Shown piece by piece: positions 52,001-62,067 of a stretch of 64,000 bases of DNA. The position numbers were made by a program, and so were the translations under genes. The notes under the pieces were generated by a model that searched no databases, was not told where the DNA came from, and worked only from the letters and a program-made list of their open reading frames with translations. Location of the stretch: positions 62,001 through 126,000 of the forward strand of contig NW_019218249.1 of assembly GCF_002571385.2 (NCBI RefSeq). The letters are read 5' to 3'. This stretch comes from Stylophora pistillata. Lineage: Eukaryota. Numbering within the stretch: the stretch's first letter is position 1; every line of letters begins with the position of its first letter.

Positions 52001-52850
52001 CTGTTCAACTAATCATATTATTTGAACCATTTTAATCAGGATTCTGAATGGCTAATCGTCGCCTGTTTTGTGAGAGTATAGAGCATGCTGACGACACTGT
52101 TGTTTACCTTGGAAATAAAGTTTGTTTCGAAAATTGAAAGTAATGCGTGGGGAATTAAAAAGATCCTTTATTATGAAACAAATAGAGAAGCCTTGACTGT
52201 GCTCTGCTCTGTTATAAAGTACATAGGAAGCGGTTAGAGCACTCAGGAAGTGGGGAGAAACATTCAACTAAGTCCCTTGTCTCTCTGTACACCTCTTTCG
52301 TGCTCTAGCCGCTTCCTGAAGACTTTACAACAACAGATCTAGAGCACAGTCAAGACTTCTCTATTTGTTAGATAACATCCCAACAACCCAAGAGGCTTAA
52401 TCACGTCATAAAGCCCGGAAAATGCCTTTTATTGCTTCATATCATACTTGGTTTCATCCAGGCTCTATAGACTGATAAAGCATCCCCTTGCAAACTGAAT
52501 TGACCAATCAGACGATGCGAACCGTGTTCATGTATGTTATAATTGCTAGTAGAGAAGAGAAAGCTCATGGTGGACTCACTTACAGCTATAGGGGCCCTAA
52601 AATTTCTAAGTTGCTGTATGCATTACTATAGTTTAACAGAACTAGGATGTAAATACGAATTTATTTCAGCTTTGGAGAGTACTTGGATTTATGTTTTCCC
52701 GAAAGAGGCTTGGAACAAATCCCTGGAGCGGCGAACATTCCGGACTGCATCAAAATGATGCACCTAAAAGCAGTTTGGAATGCTGCTGTCCATTTAAGTG
52801 ACGACTTCCACAGAGATCGTCAAGCTCAAGCCACCGGTGCAAACTTTTAA
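263..52850 (+). CDS. RNF213: RNF213/mysterin-like AAA+ ATPase-E3 ubiquitin ligase, 5'-partial, 64 exons in window (~3,704 aa)
   Basis: Manually spliced GT-AG exons, phases consistent, total 11,115 nt: 263-1083,1426-1586,1758-1832,2087-2193,2524-2674,2781-2997,3776-4046,4569-4742,5272-5380,5456-5627,5914-6109,7536-7651,8575-8769,9457-9579,9817-9934,10048-10283,10622-10704,11087-11220,11534-11629,11749-11862,12198-12364,12630-12852,14230-14585,14826-14984,15091-15238,16631-16716,17516-17651,18187-18294,18637-18722,19117-19302,20839-20977,21239-21454,21762-21898,24842-25344,25872-26339,26689-26858,28074-28280,31903-32117,32643-32751,33180-33271,33533-33781,33951-34062,34518-34940,35175-35291,35665-35775,35911-35964,36045-36245,42594-42693,42970-43013,43310-43407,43859-44012,44328-44517,45751-45845,45952-46009,46607-46806,47046-47187,48224-48307,48622-48799,49187-49394,49740-49814,50501-50701,50984-51073,51445-51614,52670-52850(TAA). 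RNF213 signature motifs in order: [188 protein letters not shown]. Confidence 0.95.
3776..4046 (+). CDS. RNF213: RNF213-like exon, P-loop of the nucleotide-binding AAA module (AAA2)
   Basis: [15 protein letters not shown] Walker A-like motif followed by IFHLDV; canonical splice sites. Confidence 0.85.
4100..4120. repeat. (GA)n microsatellite
   Basis: Direct inspection. Confidence 0.9.
4476..4557. repeat. Minisatellite (AAAACTTGTAAACTTGT)n next to an acceptor site
   Basis: About 5 copies of a 17-mer ending ~10 nt before the 4568 acceptor. Confidence 0.9.
6393..6465 (+). mobile_element. tRNA-derived SINE head
   Basis: A-box TGGCTCAGTGG and B-box GGTTCGATTCC; irregular anticodon arm; related inverted copy at ~51860-51960. 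Confidence 0.65.
9190..9350 (+). mobile_element. Penelope-like element 3' pLTR fragment (diverged) with degenerate hammerhead
   Basis: Homologous to the 3' end of the PLE copies at 56377-56530 (gctctgacaagggg...gaaacgtgagc...cccaccgacgcagc). Confidence 0.75.
9817..10283 (+). CDS. RNF213: RNF213-like exons encoding the catalytic AAA3 module
   Basis: Exon 9817-9934 has Walker A GETGCGKT; exon 10048-10283 has VHGGTT, Walker B LFFDEAN and FIAACNPYR. Confidence 0.93.
10915..10967. repeat. 16-bp tandem repeat (CTGAGGCCTTGCCGTA) x3
   Basis: Direct inspection. Confidence 0.85.
12630..14585 (+). CDS. RNF213: RNF213-like exons encoding the catalytic AAA4 module
   Basis: Exon 12630-12852 has GKPGSSKS; exon 14230-14585 has Walker [11 protein letters not shown] and [12 protein letters not shown]. 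Confidence 0.93.
13045..13375 (-). mobile_element. tRNA-derived SINE
   Basis: Minus-strand head ccgccttccggttagctcaattggtagagcg...gagttcaaatcc and body ctagtcttctcggata, shared with the copy at 47717. Confidence 0.8.
15530..16097. mobile_element. Non-autonomous element with long terminal palindrome (MITE or Crypton-like)
   Basis: ~160-bp imperfect palindrome 15937-16097 centred on ctcgccctacgggctcg. Upstream short acidic frame MADN...[11 protein letters not shown] resembles N-termini of Crypton-type proteins (inference). Confidence 0.5.
16749..17240 (-). mobile_element. Penelope-like element (Neptune-type) 3' fragment, older copy
   Basis: ORF remnant [13 protein letters not shown]...INERFSFH, ~85-90% similar by eye to 23335-23793, followed by a pLTR with hammerhead at 16861-16894. 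Confidence 0.9.
19760..20615. repeat. Degenerate (ACTACACC[AA/T])n satellite-like low-complexity tract
   Basis: ~850 bp of ACTACACCAA/ACTACACCT variants, nearly G-free on the + strand. Confidence 0.9.
22103..23980 (-). mobile_element. Young Penelope-like retroelement (Neptune-type) with inverted pLTR; centre is an N-gap
   Basis: GIY-YIG domain (NVIYCITC...[17 protein letters not shown]) with upstream C-x4-C-x2-C linker finger on both arms in opposite orientations. 15-bp TSD TTACAAAATCATACT at 22088-22102 and 23981-23995. 3' tail present only on the left arm. Confidence 0.92.
23335..23793 (+). CDS. GIY-YIG endonuclease domain fragment of PLE (inverted arm)
   Basis: ORF track: [11 protein letters not shown]...[18 protein letters not shown]...GINERFSFH. 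Confidence 0.8.
   Translation: MVRSSFQTNEQPGTFKCARARCKTCPFIHNTDKISGPKRSIKITDHFTCTSANVIYCITCTYCKKIYIGETGRRLGDRFREHLRDVERNDKDTSKPVARHFNLPNHSKQHMAICGLSLHLGGTESRKNLEQKLIFQTGSLNPTGINERFSFH
27049..27816 (-). mobile_element. Probable solo LTR
   Basis: TG...CA termini (tgtgattgag / cctcataaca), imperfect 5-bp TSD CTTTT/CTTGT, minus-strand TATAAAA (~27629-27635) and clustered nGAAn/nTTCn motifs. Confidence 0.45.
28767..28818. repeat. (TTA)n microsatellite (others at 29316-29366 and 31856-31876)
   Basis: Direct inspection. Confidence 0.9.
28817..29025 (+). mobile_element. CRE-clade non-LTR retrotransposon fragment (N-terminal ORF region)
   Basis: [25 protein letters not shown] motif; starts directly after (TTA)n 28767-28818 and ends at a single n. 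Confidence 0.6.
29027..29315 (+). mobile_element. Penelope-like element (second family) pLTR fragment with intact hammerhead
   Basis: Homologous to 45305-45500 and to the inverse of 44818-45110. Confidence 0.85.
29209..29251 (+). ncRNA. Minimal type I hammerhead ribozyme
   Basis: GACU-CUGAUGA-U-GAC(loop)GUC-GAAAC-GUC-AGUC: stem I GACU/AGUC, stem II GAC/GUC, palindromic mini stem III, GUC cleavage triplet. Confidence 0.8.
29367..31855 (+). mobile_element. 5'-truncated CRE-clade non-LTR retrotransposon (RT + CCHC knuckle + restriction-like endonuclease), decayed
   Basis: RT motifs [34 protein letters not shown] (degenerate YADD), RHLGA; CxCG..DHAMIC knuckle; RLE ARLDI...FFDVRV...EKKLQY. Stop at 30317-30319 and frameshift near 30550. 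AATAAA at 31826, then (TTA)n. Confidence 0.88.
37021..37215. repeat. (CTT)n microsatellite abutting N-gap
   Basis: Direct inspection; source of the spurious poly-E/K/F/L ORFs. Confidence 0.9.
37275..37412 (+). mobile_element. Diverged PLE 3' pLTR fragment with degenerate hammerhead
   Basis: gctttgacaaagggctaacgcttgaaacgtcag...gaaacttacccc, homologous to other family-1 ends. Confidence 0.65.
37426..41594. repeat. ~300-bp diverged inverted repeats (37426-37732 / 41301-41594)
   Basis: gagaatcgatggacgctcacaaaa vs revcomp gagaatcgatggacactcacaaaa; taaaggttccatcaacttatt; aaattcggtttttacc; gaaaacaagactttgccca. Confidence 0.75.
37930..40760 (+). mobile_element. Highly decayed DIRS-type retrotransposon (RT, RNase H, methyltransferase-like remnants)
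   Basis: Broken frames: [90 protein letters not shown]; many stops and frameshifts. Confidence 0.75.
42594..43407 (+). CDS. RNF213: RNF213-like RZ finger (RNF213-ZNFX1 finger) encoded by three small exons
   Basis: Spliced 42594-42693 + 42970-43013 + 43310-43407 gives FLPTMPED...[40 protein letters not shown]. Confidence 0.9.
43487..43745 (+). mobile_element. tRNA-derived SINE/repeat
   Basis: ggcttgttagctcaattggtagagcgctgcac...ggttcgaatccc with A and B boxes; no clean acceptor stem. Confidence 0.7.
44818..45531. mobile_element. Penelope-like element (family 2, Penelope/Poseidon-type) with inverted pLTRs
   Basis: Minus-strand GIY-YIG C-terminus ([14 protein letters not shown]...RLILESWF); inverted arms ~44818-45010 / 45305-45500; 13-bp TSD ATATTTGCGTCTG (44805-44817, 45532-45544); intact hammerhead at 44879-44921 (-). 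Confidence 0.88.
47717..48140 (+). mobile_element. tRNA-derived SINE (same family as 13045-13375)
   Basis: ccgcctcccggttagctcagttgg...ggttcgagcccc...ctagtcttctcggataagg. Confidence 0.8.
49831..49920. repeat. (TTTTG)n-like low-complexity tract
   Basis: Direct inspection. Confidence 0.8.
52177..52369. repeat. Palindromic MITE-like repeat
   Basis: Inverted arms aacaaatagagaagccttgactgtgctct ... agagcacagtcaagacttctctatttgtt. Confidence 0.7.
52670..52850 (+). CDS. RNF213: Terminal coding exon of RNF213-like gene
   Basis: Acceptor ttatttcag is phase-compatible with the previous exon; ends [14 protein letters not shown]...TGANF-TAA. Confidence 0.8.
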
Positions 52851-52983
52851 AAGAAGCGTCTTTTTCAGTCAGTTAGGTACTGAAAATTTCAAAAACAAAT
52901 GGGAGATGTTAGGATGTAGACTAGTATGCCAAAATTTCATAACACTTGACAACAAATTCAATAATTTGAAAATTTTGGAATTG

Positions 52984-53176
52984 AATAAATGGTGCCATAT
53001 TTGTAGCTATATATGTGCCTTAGTCAATGATGATTCATCAAACATAATCGCTGATAGTATTTTGTTAATATTCAGAGGTAGCCAGTTGGTTGTGCTTCAT
53101 ATACTTACCGCTGTCTTAACTTGGTTCTCAGAAAGAATCTCCCCCTCTTACTCACACCAAAAACACGCGGAATAAA
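52984..53176 (+). terminator. Candidate polyadenylation signals of RNF213-like gene
   Basis: AATAAA at 52984-52989 and 53171-53176, downstream of the stop codon. Confidence 0.35.
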
Positions 53177-55125
53177 AATTTGAGAAATTGACAGCAGGAA
53201 TAAGTGAAAGCTTTTAGTTATCTGAAGTTTATCATGCATGGCGAATGGCAGTGACTAGTGTTATTATTTAGTTTTCCAAAGTATTTTTTTAGAGAGCTAA
53301 AAGATAAGGCAAAATGCCGCATCGTAGGACAATATTAATATGACATGCAAGCTTGGAACGAATCTTGAACTGGTGCTTAGTGTAGAAAAGTTTCCAATCC
53401 ATTAAACGATCGCATAAATTGGTTCTTTGCTGTTGTTTATATCTTCTCTACGGTGATAAGCACCCGACACAAGTTATGCAAATTTTTATGCGGGCACAAA
53501 GGCCCATATCATAAAGAACCTTGCAACAAAACTTCCTGGTGATGCTTGCAAATCCGACTTGTGTGTCTGTCTCTTGCTAAAAATATTTCGGGTTGAATCG
53601 AAATGTCCTTGATTCTCCTAAATGTCCTCTTCTGTTCGCTCATCATCTCTTGCCATCCCCTAAAAATAAGGGTAGAGCGGTTAAGCCGTCAAGCCGAGAC
53701 GTACTATACGTACGCTCCGATATTGTTGTTTTCACATTGAAAAGAATTAATGTTTTCAAATCCTTATTTCATTCCCTATCTTCTACATGCCCGTCTTTTT
53801 GTCTACTGATGAATGCAATGCGCGGAACGCAGAGAAGTGTATGCATTTGAACAAACAATTAAGGGAACCTCTCCTTATTTGATATGCACGAGAAATTACG
53901 GCGAATTGTGAACTTATTGCGTTCCGATTTCCACTTGAAACAATTGCAAACTATCGAGTGATTATCCTAAGTTGAAAGTCCATCTAAATGACATGGAGAC
54001 TTGGGCTAACAAAATATCTATTGTCAGCTTGGTCGATTCTCCAAATGAGATCTCTCCAGTAAAGCCACTGCTCAGCAGGAGCAACATTTTGTTTTGTTAA
54101 TTTGAAGTTTTTTTGTGATTTTTGTGAAATTTTCTGTTTTTTTCTCAAATTTCAAAGCTCACTCAATAACAATAAGTGACATTTGTACCCCCCTCCCCTC
54201 TCCCATCCAAACCCTTGTCTAGGCCTGAGAACATGATAGTTCCGCACAAGTTATTTAAATATGGTCTCTCGAATGGAAGGCGATTACTTGAAGGGGAATC
54301 TAGTGGTAGTTTCGTTTGGAATACAAGCAGGATAATAGCGGTAATTTGTAATATTATGGTCGATCATACGTTGAAGTTCAACACTCTCTCCCCTGAGCAT
54401 CCCCCTTGCATTTGAACTTTTGAAGACTGGTTGATTCAAATTCCCACCTTCCAGGGCAAAAGCGAGGGAAAATAAAAAAAAAGAAAGAAAGAAAAAAAAG
54501 ACGAAGTCAGCGACGGTGACTTTCTACAAATGGACCAAGCTTTAAAAATTAGACCTTGTAGACTTTTTCTTTTGAGCCATCTGGTTCTGAAAAAAAAAAT
54601 ATTTACCTCAAAACACCTCCAAATTGGAACATTTATATTCCTCTGGAAAGACTCGACACCTCTGGTTCAAATTCCCCACCTTCGCCAGGCAAGGTTCAAA
54701 TTTCCCACATGGCATGGACGACGGTGAAATGTCCGTGGGTTCTCCGGCCGGGGGGAAATGTCGAGGCTTTAAATTGATCAGCGCATGAGTTGAGAATCCC
54801 TCTAAATGTCTCGAAGGCTCGGGCTTTCCACTTTCGCAACTCATTGAGTAGACGATTCTCCAAATAAGACCTTGTTTGCAAAGCCATAATCAGCAGGAAC
54901 ACTATTTTGACTTGGTGATTTGGAAGTTTCTGTGTGCCCATCGGAACAGGTGTAAGTACTTTGCACTTTGCACCACCTCGCGCTTGCCTCCTTCAAACTG
55001 AAAAACGCAAAAAAATCACGTCTGTTCAGCAGCCTAGTTTCTGTGTGATTATTTCACTGCTCAATCAATAGTAATCATGCATTTAATTATCCAATTTGAA
55101 GTAGTCATCTGTTACGCATAATAGT

Positions 55126-56534
55126 ATAATTTGGATATATCAACAAAGTTGAAATGGTAAATTGGCCACCGTAATGATTACAAAAGCTGACGTTTCGAGC
55201 GTTAGCCCTTCGTCGGAGCGAATAGAGGAATTGTGGGTTGTGTGTGCTTTTAAAGGCAGAAAATGGAGCTACGTTATTGGTGGGTGCATGGCAACGAGAA
55301 AAACATGAATAAATTAGTGGAATGAAAAGCGTTCATTGATCCCTGTGGGATTTAGACTGCCGGTTTGAAAGATGAGCTTTTGTTCAAGATTTTTACGGCT
55401 TTCCGTGCCACCTAAGTGCAAGGAAAGACCGCAGATTGCCATATGTTGCTTAGAATGATTAGGTAAATTAAAATGTCTAGCGACTGGTTTCGATGTGTCC
55501 TTGTCATTCCTTTCCACGTCTCGAAAACTTGACCAACTTATCGGTCCCCAAATCGCTAACCACTCATCAACAGACAACCTCAAAACTGTAGTTACCATTC
55601 CAGAAAACCTCTCACTTTCCGATTCAGAAAAATCCGTCCTCAGTAAGGGCTAACATTTCGTTCCCATTTCTAAAACAACGGACGAATTCTCAATTAAAGA
55701 AGACGTAGAAAAATTCCTTTGCCGCGTTCAATTAAAAGCCTTTTTTCACAACAAAGAGGATGATTCTAACACCTCGAACAAAGACACTTTCGAAACACTT
55801 CAGACTCGAAAGTCTAAATGGACTCCCCCAGAGGGCCAATTCGCATCATTAGACTTTTTTATCAAAAACTGCCGCCTCGTGCACGATGCAAAACGTGTCC
55901 TTTCATTCACAACACTGATAAAATATCGGGACCTAAACGATCCATTAAGATCACCGATCACTTCACGTGCACCTCCGCCAATGTAATCTATTGCATAACT
56001 TGCACTTATTGCAAAAAGATATACATCGGCGAAACAGGCAGAAGACTAGGTGACCGATTCCGAGAACACCTTCGAGACGTGGAAAGGAATGACAAGGACA
56101 CATCGAAACCAGTCGCTAGACATTTTAATTTACCTAATCATTCTAAGCAACATATGGCAATCTGCGGTCTTTCCTTGCACTTAGGTGGCACGGAAAGCCG
56201 TAAAAATCTTGAACAAAAGCTCATCTTTCAAACCGGCAGTCTAAATCCCACAGGGATCAACGAACGCTTTTCATTCCACTAATTTATTCATGTTTTTCTC
56301 GTTGCCATGCTCCCACCAATAACGTAGCTCCATTTTCTGCCTTTAAAGGCACACACAACCCACAATTCCTCTATTCGCTCCGACGAAGGGCTAACGCTCG
56401 AAACGTCAGCTTTTGTAATCATTACGGTGGCCAATTTACCATTTCAACTTTGTTGATATATCCAAATTATTTCGTTACTCCCACCGACGCAGCCCCAAAC
56501 AGTTTCTTTCGAAACTATCAGCCTTTATTCATAT
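55126..56534 (+). mobile_element. Young Neptune-type PLE, internally deleted (RT missing), with inverted 5' pLTR
   Basis: Inverted pLTR 55126-55525. ORF N-terminal part (VLSKG*HFVP...WTPP) 55526-55875 is joined directly to GIY-YIG 55876-56282; 3' tail to 56534. TSD GCATAATAGT (55116-55125, 56535-56544). Near-identical to the 22103-23980 copy. Confidence 0.92.
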
Positions 56535-56758
56535 GCATAATAGTCGTCTGCGTTTTGGTCGAGCGTCGAGGGTCGAGTGTTACATGGCGAGAGTGAGGTA
56601 ATACGCCGAGGGTCCAGAATCTTCAAAAAGTTTGACTACAAATGTCAATTCTCCCGTGTGCTATCGTGGAATGCCTTTGTTTCTAAGTTGGAGTGGGAAC
56701 TCGCCACAAGGCTACAAAACTTCCGGCCTTTTCCTCCGATCGACTGATGAAATTATTC

Positions 56759-57290
56759 GGGTGTGTAGAAAACGAAGACCTAAGACCCAAAAACGAAGAC
56801 CCCCCTCAAAATCACTCATAAACATCTAGAGACGGGTATTTCGGCCTCAGATGTATAAAGAGGACAATTTAAAGATTTAAAGATTTAAAGACAATTTAAA
56901 GATCTTCAATTTAAAGAATTAAAGAATTTCGACCAGGGTCTTCGTTTTCCACACATCCCCCCTGGTGTGTAGAAAACGAAGACCCCCCTCAAAATCCCTC
57001 GGAAACAACTGGAAACTGCTTTTAACGACTCCTAGACATCGAAGGAGTGTAAAAAAAACAACACGGCTTCTGAAGATTTTCAATTATAAAGAATTTCGAC
57101 CAGGGTCTTCGTTTTCTACACATCCCCCCCGGTGTCAAGAAAACGAAGACCCCCCTCAAAATCACTCGGAAACAGCTGGAAACTGCTTTTAACAACTCCT
57201 AGACATCAAAGGGGTTTAAAAAACAACACGGCCCCTGACGATTTTCAATTATAAAAAAATTTCGAGTAGGGTCTTTGTCTGAGGTTTCTT
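56759..57290. repeat. Tandem array of ~170-200 bp units, each with terminal inverted GTGTAGAAAACGAAGACC / GGTCTTCGTTTTCTACAC
   Basis: Three related units; MITE-like. Confidence 0.7.
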
Positions 57291-57388
57291 CGGAATCATA
57301 TTTTGCTCATTTTCTTTAACCCAGCAAAAAAGGTACAGTAAAATCTCGATTTAACCAACCTCCGTTTAACGAATTCCTTGTTATAATT

Positions 57389-58120
57389 CAGGGGCACCCA
57401 ATGACTGTTTTCTGAGAAATTATCTGAAATGCCTCTTTATGCTTCCGGGAGTACTTTAAAAGTAATCATAAAAATTTGATCTGTGGTCTTCCTAGGAGTG
57501 GTTTGAGCCTCTCGAATTTTTTAGGGATGATTTTCGCCTTTCCCGAAAATAACAGCCGACAATGAAAGCTTTACGAAAACGTGAGTTTACGTCACGAGTT
57601 TTTCTCTTAGCTGAAATTTTTAGGGGTCCTTTCAGTTTTTTCCCGAAAACGATATCTATGTGGGAACGTCTTCGAATTTCCTAGGGCGACGTAGCATGTA
57701 TAGAAAATTCTAGGAAATACAAAAAAAAACAGATGAAAAGACATTTAAGTGATTTTAATGCCAGTTTTAAACGTAAAAGTACTCTGACCAACTAAATTTG
57801 CACTGCACTTCTTGAAAAATGTGCAACACGCCAGATGGCACTGATGACAACGCTGACCACAGACACGCCATTCTTAGTTTACGAAAGTTTAGAACTGAGT
57901 TACGAAATTCGAAATTTCTGGGTGCCGATATCAGAATCTAGATGATTTTTACAAAATCCGAAATTCTTAAGTGAATAAGCCACACAAATCCCGAAAGTGT
58001 GAGCCCAACACACAGTTACCAAGAAACTTTTCGTTGCTCTTCTTAAGCTCTCGAAAATTTTAGACATTCTATAGGGCTCCGAACAGATATTTCCCAGAAA
58101 ACGGTTGTTGGGTGCCCCTG
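57389..58120. mobile_element. Non-autonomous DNA transposon with CAGGGGCACCCAA TIRs and 6-bp TSD
   Basis: ~35-bp TIRs; ATAATT at 57383-57388 and 58121-58126; inserted into a Tc1/pogo-like end (tacagtaaaatctcgatttaac at 57334). Confidence 0.8.
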
Positions 58121-58752
58121 ATAATTACAGAATACAACTAACAAAATCCAGAATACTAATCGTAAGACAATCCTCGATTTAACGAATGAATGTCGACAGA
58201 TGACAAAGGTGAAAGCCAAACAGACCATCAAGTGTAAAATTTATGTGGAGCAGTTTTAAGCAGTTTTTTTAGCCTGTTCTTCAGTTTCTAGCGCTGTATA
58301 ACTTTATACAGCTCGGTATCGCACACCAGGTATACTCACAGAAGTATTTCAAATCCGGGAAAATTAATCATTAACTATACCTCTGTAAAACGTCCATTTT
58401 TGTTAAATTCCGAAAAGTCACCAAAGCGAGGTTTTCGATTTTACAAACAAACAAATACAGTATTAATTCTAGTTAACAACGCCCTTGAATAAACGCCTAT
58501 GCCACATCTGTTCAAAAGAATGAGGCGTTTACTTGAGTGTATTATGGAAAAGTTCGGTACAAGTTAGTAATTTTCCACCATTCTATCTCAGCAAAATAGA
58601 GGAAACGATGTCGAAACAGAAGGCACCCCTGAATAAACGCCGTTTTGGAAACAAGGAGAAGCCAGACATTTTTCTTTTCCTATTCAAATCAAAATTTCAG
58701 ACAAGAAAGGAGTTCCACTATGGCCAATCAAAAAATGCTCTTACTCTTCAAA

Positions 58753-61411
58753 TTATACGATAGCTTCTTTAAACTCGCTCCTCAGATATTTCCAGTGCGA
58801 TTCACTCAAAGAGTCAGTGACATTGGACGGAATTTCAACATAATCCCAATCGAAATAGGGGAACCTCTTAATGATGCATTTTTTTGCGGTATGATAAAAG
58901 CGATTTGTTTCCTTCTTTGATGCTTTCGCTATCGACCAATCTCCATCAACAGGATACAACCAGCGTTCTTTGTGGACAAAAACCAAATTGAATGGGATGA
59001 CTTGCTTACGTTGACAGAACTCGATTTCGCATGATTTACTCGTCCTGGCTTCTTGTGGCAGGAACATCAAAACAAATTGATTTTCATTATGGTGGATTTC
59101 AATGAATGTCTGCCTTGCTTGACTACTTGGTTCTACTCCACTCCCGCAAGTTCTTTCCGGCCTATACGAGTCTTTATTTCTAGCCCCTTTCTTTCCTTCT
59201 GTATTCTTGTTGACATTATACTCTGCGAGGGCCGTGCGGCTTCCTTTCTTTGATTTCTTCTTTAGGAAATTAAAGTGTGTGGAGAGAATGGATTGACGTG
59301 CAGCCACAGCAATGGAGTGTTTACATATGTTGTCATGTCGATACCTGCCACAAACACATCCAACGTGACTACTGTAAACGGTCACCAGAACACTTCCATT
59401 CCTAGCACTTGGACTAGCCACTTCAAACTTTAGGATTTCTTTCGGGGTCAGTTAGGCTTTGGGCTGAATGGCTGTTGGGTGGTTGACTAAGTTTAGTAGC
59501 TCTCGCTTTAGTGCTATGGACGTTGTCTGCAGAGTAACCGAAGTGGTCTGAAAGGATGCCAGCAACGTCTACTTCAGCAACGTCTAAATTCGCAGCGATC
59601 CTCACTCATGCTGTCACTTGGCCAGGGCACATCTTTCTGTTGAAATATGTCTTCCATGGACAGCTTTTGAATATTTCCAATGTACCTTTTTTTCTGTTTG
59701 GGGTGACCAATCAAACCACACATCTGCTGGAACCTGTAAATATTTGCTGTGGTCTGCCAGGACGTACTCGTCGCTTACTCCAGCCACTGCGGACTTAAAC
59801 TCTTAAACTTGATGATCGTCTATTGCTTCAAACACGTATCGGATAAGTTGGAGTTTAGTTAAATGAGTAGTACCTGTTTCCTTTGTAAAGATGTTCTTTG
59901 CTGCCTTCACAAGGTTGTTCATCGACTGCGAACAGTTGGTGTAACACCTTTGCGGTTTGCCGTTTTCCCCATCTATCAGACCAGCCTTCCTCCTTACATC
60001 GTCTACCATATGTTTTCTCATCATCTTTCTATTGTCATTCAAGTAAGACCAATACTGGGAGGTGTACTGCTTGTCTTTACCAAGGGTCAATCGTTCTTTT
60101 TCATCTACGTCATCCTGTGCGGATTTGAAACGTTTACGCAGGTCCTTGCCGTCTACTGCATCAATGATACCTTCCGCTTTCCTACGAACTCCAAACGTCT
60201 TCGCCAAAAAGTACCTCACTTTCTATGCCTAAATCCCTCAATTTGTCCCGGCAGTTGTTTTCGAAGTTTTTGAAGAATCGCAGACTCTGCGAAGGCTTCA
60301 ACTGTTCTTGAAGTGTACTTTAGAGGGCTGTTTCTCCATCGGTAATAAAGCCTTTTGCATTAATTAAACCACTGCATTTTTTGACGCACATGGTGGCTAA
60401 CATCTGGTAGGTTACCTCAGACTTACTGTGATGGATCATTGTTGGACCTAGGAAGATCGGATTTCCTCCTGTTCGCTTATATTCGAGGAGTAGATGTTTG
60501 AAAACCACAGGAGTTACTTCAAACTTGCCCAGACTGAATGTTGGGTCGACACTAAAAGGGTGGCTCAAAATATCAGAACCTGTGGATCTGTCTAATTCAG
60601 AGCACATGGAAGATGTCCCCAAAACCCACAGATCTTCAGGAAAATCTGAATAGTGTAGTACGAGATCTTCCTTGTCGCGAGCATATTTCAAGAGATCATC
60701 GACATCATCATTACATTGCCGACAAGCTTTCGACTTGGCATCGTGAACTTGATGTTTGCCGCGTGATGAGTCGCATAGGGAGACTGACCCACAAATTCCA
60801 CCTGACTTTTGACGGAGGTCGTCATATACTCGTCTTGAAGGTTTGCTTGTAACGCCTTCTTGTAGTTGGCGTAATGAACTTTTTTTCATAGGATGAAAAG
60901 GCTTTGGGTTTGTTTTTCTACAGTTCCCATGTGTTTGGACATCAATCTTTACTTGCTCTTGGTCATTAGTAAGGTGACACTGCAAAAGACAAACATCACC
61001 CACGATTCCACCCTCGTCGTTTCTTAAAAGAAAAAGTGAGCGCACAAGTGCTGGTTGGGCCTTATTTTCCTTTGAGTTAATTACTAAATGAAACATTGTA
61101 GGCGAAGTCAAAGAAGTTTTCTTGCGCGAAACCACAGACCATAGGCCATCCTCAAGTTTCAAAGTCCAAATGCTACAGCGTAGGAATCTATTGTAGACTC
61201 CATTCATGTCAGCCTTAATATCTTCCCATTCGCTGAACCATTTTAGATCTATCGGGAATGATGCATTCTCTCGAACTTTTAGGGGTTGCTTAGAGCACTT
61301 AGGGGCCTTGCTTCCTATTAATATTCTTGCCGCATCAGAAACGGTGTACCTTGTGGCTCGACTCTTCTCAAACATAGGGATTCTATCATCATTGTTCCAA
61401 CATTCAACCGC
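58753..61411 (-). pseudogene. Decayed MULE/Mutator-like transposase with SWIM zinc finger
   Basis: Consecutive minus-strand ORFs 60320-61375 (FSVDPTF...PIFLGP...FITDGETAL), 59803-60219 (YTNCSQSMN) and 58753-59421 (CVCGRYRHDNICKHSIAVA SWIM); stops and frameshifts; acceptor-like ttttag at 61412-61417. Confidence 0.72.
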
Positions 61412-62067
61412 CTAAAAGGAAGGAATGAGGAAAAGGTTAATTTTATCAGTTGCTTGAAAATTAAGTTAGTGTTTTATATCAGATCATCAAAGCTAATTAA
61501 AAATCTCTTTACACATCTTTCAGTAGACTTGCTACAACTCAAACTCAAGAGTTGCTTCGCGATCGGAGCATATTAAATCGGACCGGACGAAGCCTTTCAG
61601 AATATTTGAAATAAGAAATTTTTCCAGCATACATCATCCACTAAACCATTTTATAAAATAACTAAGATAGTACGCGTGCTCTGATTGGCCAAGAGGCGTG
61701 TTTGCATGAGCTATGTAGACATGGTTGTGGTCTCAAACTGTTTTGCTTTTCGCGCGCAAATCACGCAAGCACACCTTTGAAAAAGTTTTTGAATTGAGAA
61801 CTCGTCACATTTACTTGATTTACCCATTCATTCATCGGCTGAAACATGGAAAATTTTCGGAAACATTCTGTGTCAATTTCTTTAGCTTATCTAACATTGT
61901 AAGCCAGAAAAACCCGTATTTGTAGAAAGCACTTTCGTTGCAAAACAAGAACTGATAACGCGTACAAGCTTCGTGTGCAAGACTTCGCGACTGGTAAGAA
62001 TTTCACTTTTAATCAGTGCTCTAAACAAGAGAGTTTTGCTTTTTTCCCTTGGAAAAGTTATTTATAG

